Origin: Calcarisporiella thermophila CBS 279.70
Lineage: Eukaryota; Fungi; Calcarisporiellomycota
Direction: 5' to 3'
DNA length: 64,000 nt
Assembly: GCF_041956535.1 (NCBI RefSeq)
Contig: NW_027192195.1
Location: forward strand, 660,150 to 724,149
The notes below the pieces were generated by a model. The model saw only the letters and a program-made list of their open reading frames with translations. It was not told where the DNA came from and did no database searches. Below are positions 63,849 to 64,000 of this stretch, in pieces (within the stretch, counting starts at the first letter, position 1; each line of letters starts with the position of its first letter). The position numbers and the translations under genes are program-made.

Positions 63849-64000
63849 AGTTCCCTCCAAGATCGGAATACATAGAGATGTCAGCAAATAAATGATAATA
63901 CAATGCAACGATAAGTTATGCTTCACTGATGCAACGCTGAATCCGCACTGTGCACACGCAAGATGCGATGGCGCTCTGGCTGAGGGGAAATGCCCACGGG

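Noticed and set aside
63890-63985. Possible C/D snoRNA (ATGATAA...CTGA x3)
   Set aside because: Imperfect C box, and no recognisable rRNA guide or terminal stem.
1-64000. tRNA, rRNA, CRISPR arrays or autonomous transposons
   Set aside because: None recognised by eye; tRNAscan, Infernal and RepeatMasker were not run.

Overview
Gene-dense, intron-rich eukaryotic DNA from an early-diverging fungus (Mucoromycota or Zoopagomycota-type, inferred from a CSL factor, MiaB/CDK5RAP1, a WOPR factor, a class IV chitin synthase and short GT-AG introns). About 20 genes were reconstructed by manual splicing. Most are housekeeping or morphogenesis genes: CHS3-like, CSL, LaeA-like methyltransferase, CLF1, DNAJC11, SOG2, NAT, CDK5RAP1, ATG18, SPA2, orphan 7TM, Gti1/Wor1, YIPF6, IBTK/btb1, SPC34, TRS31, 14-3-3, OSH3, glycogenin and MIX17. 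The best candidate for an undescribed system is at 1.9-9.0 kb, a tandem pair of PD-(D/E)xK nuclease + protein kinase genes with Crinkler-type or Spok-like architecture. The right copy is intact. The left copy keeps an intact, recently homogenised nuclease while all of its lesions fall in the kinase, which resembles a poison/antidote pair. Other highlights are canonical CSL binding sites in the CSL gene's own promoter, eh1/Hairless-like motifs in that protein, and a DASH subunit Spc34 extended by a C-terminal winged-helix-like domain. All family assignments come from motif recognition by eye; no searches were run.
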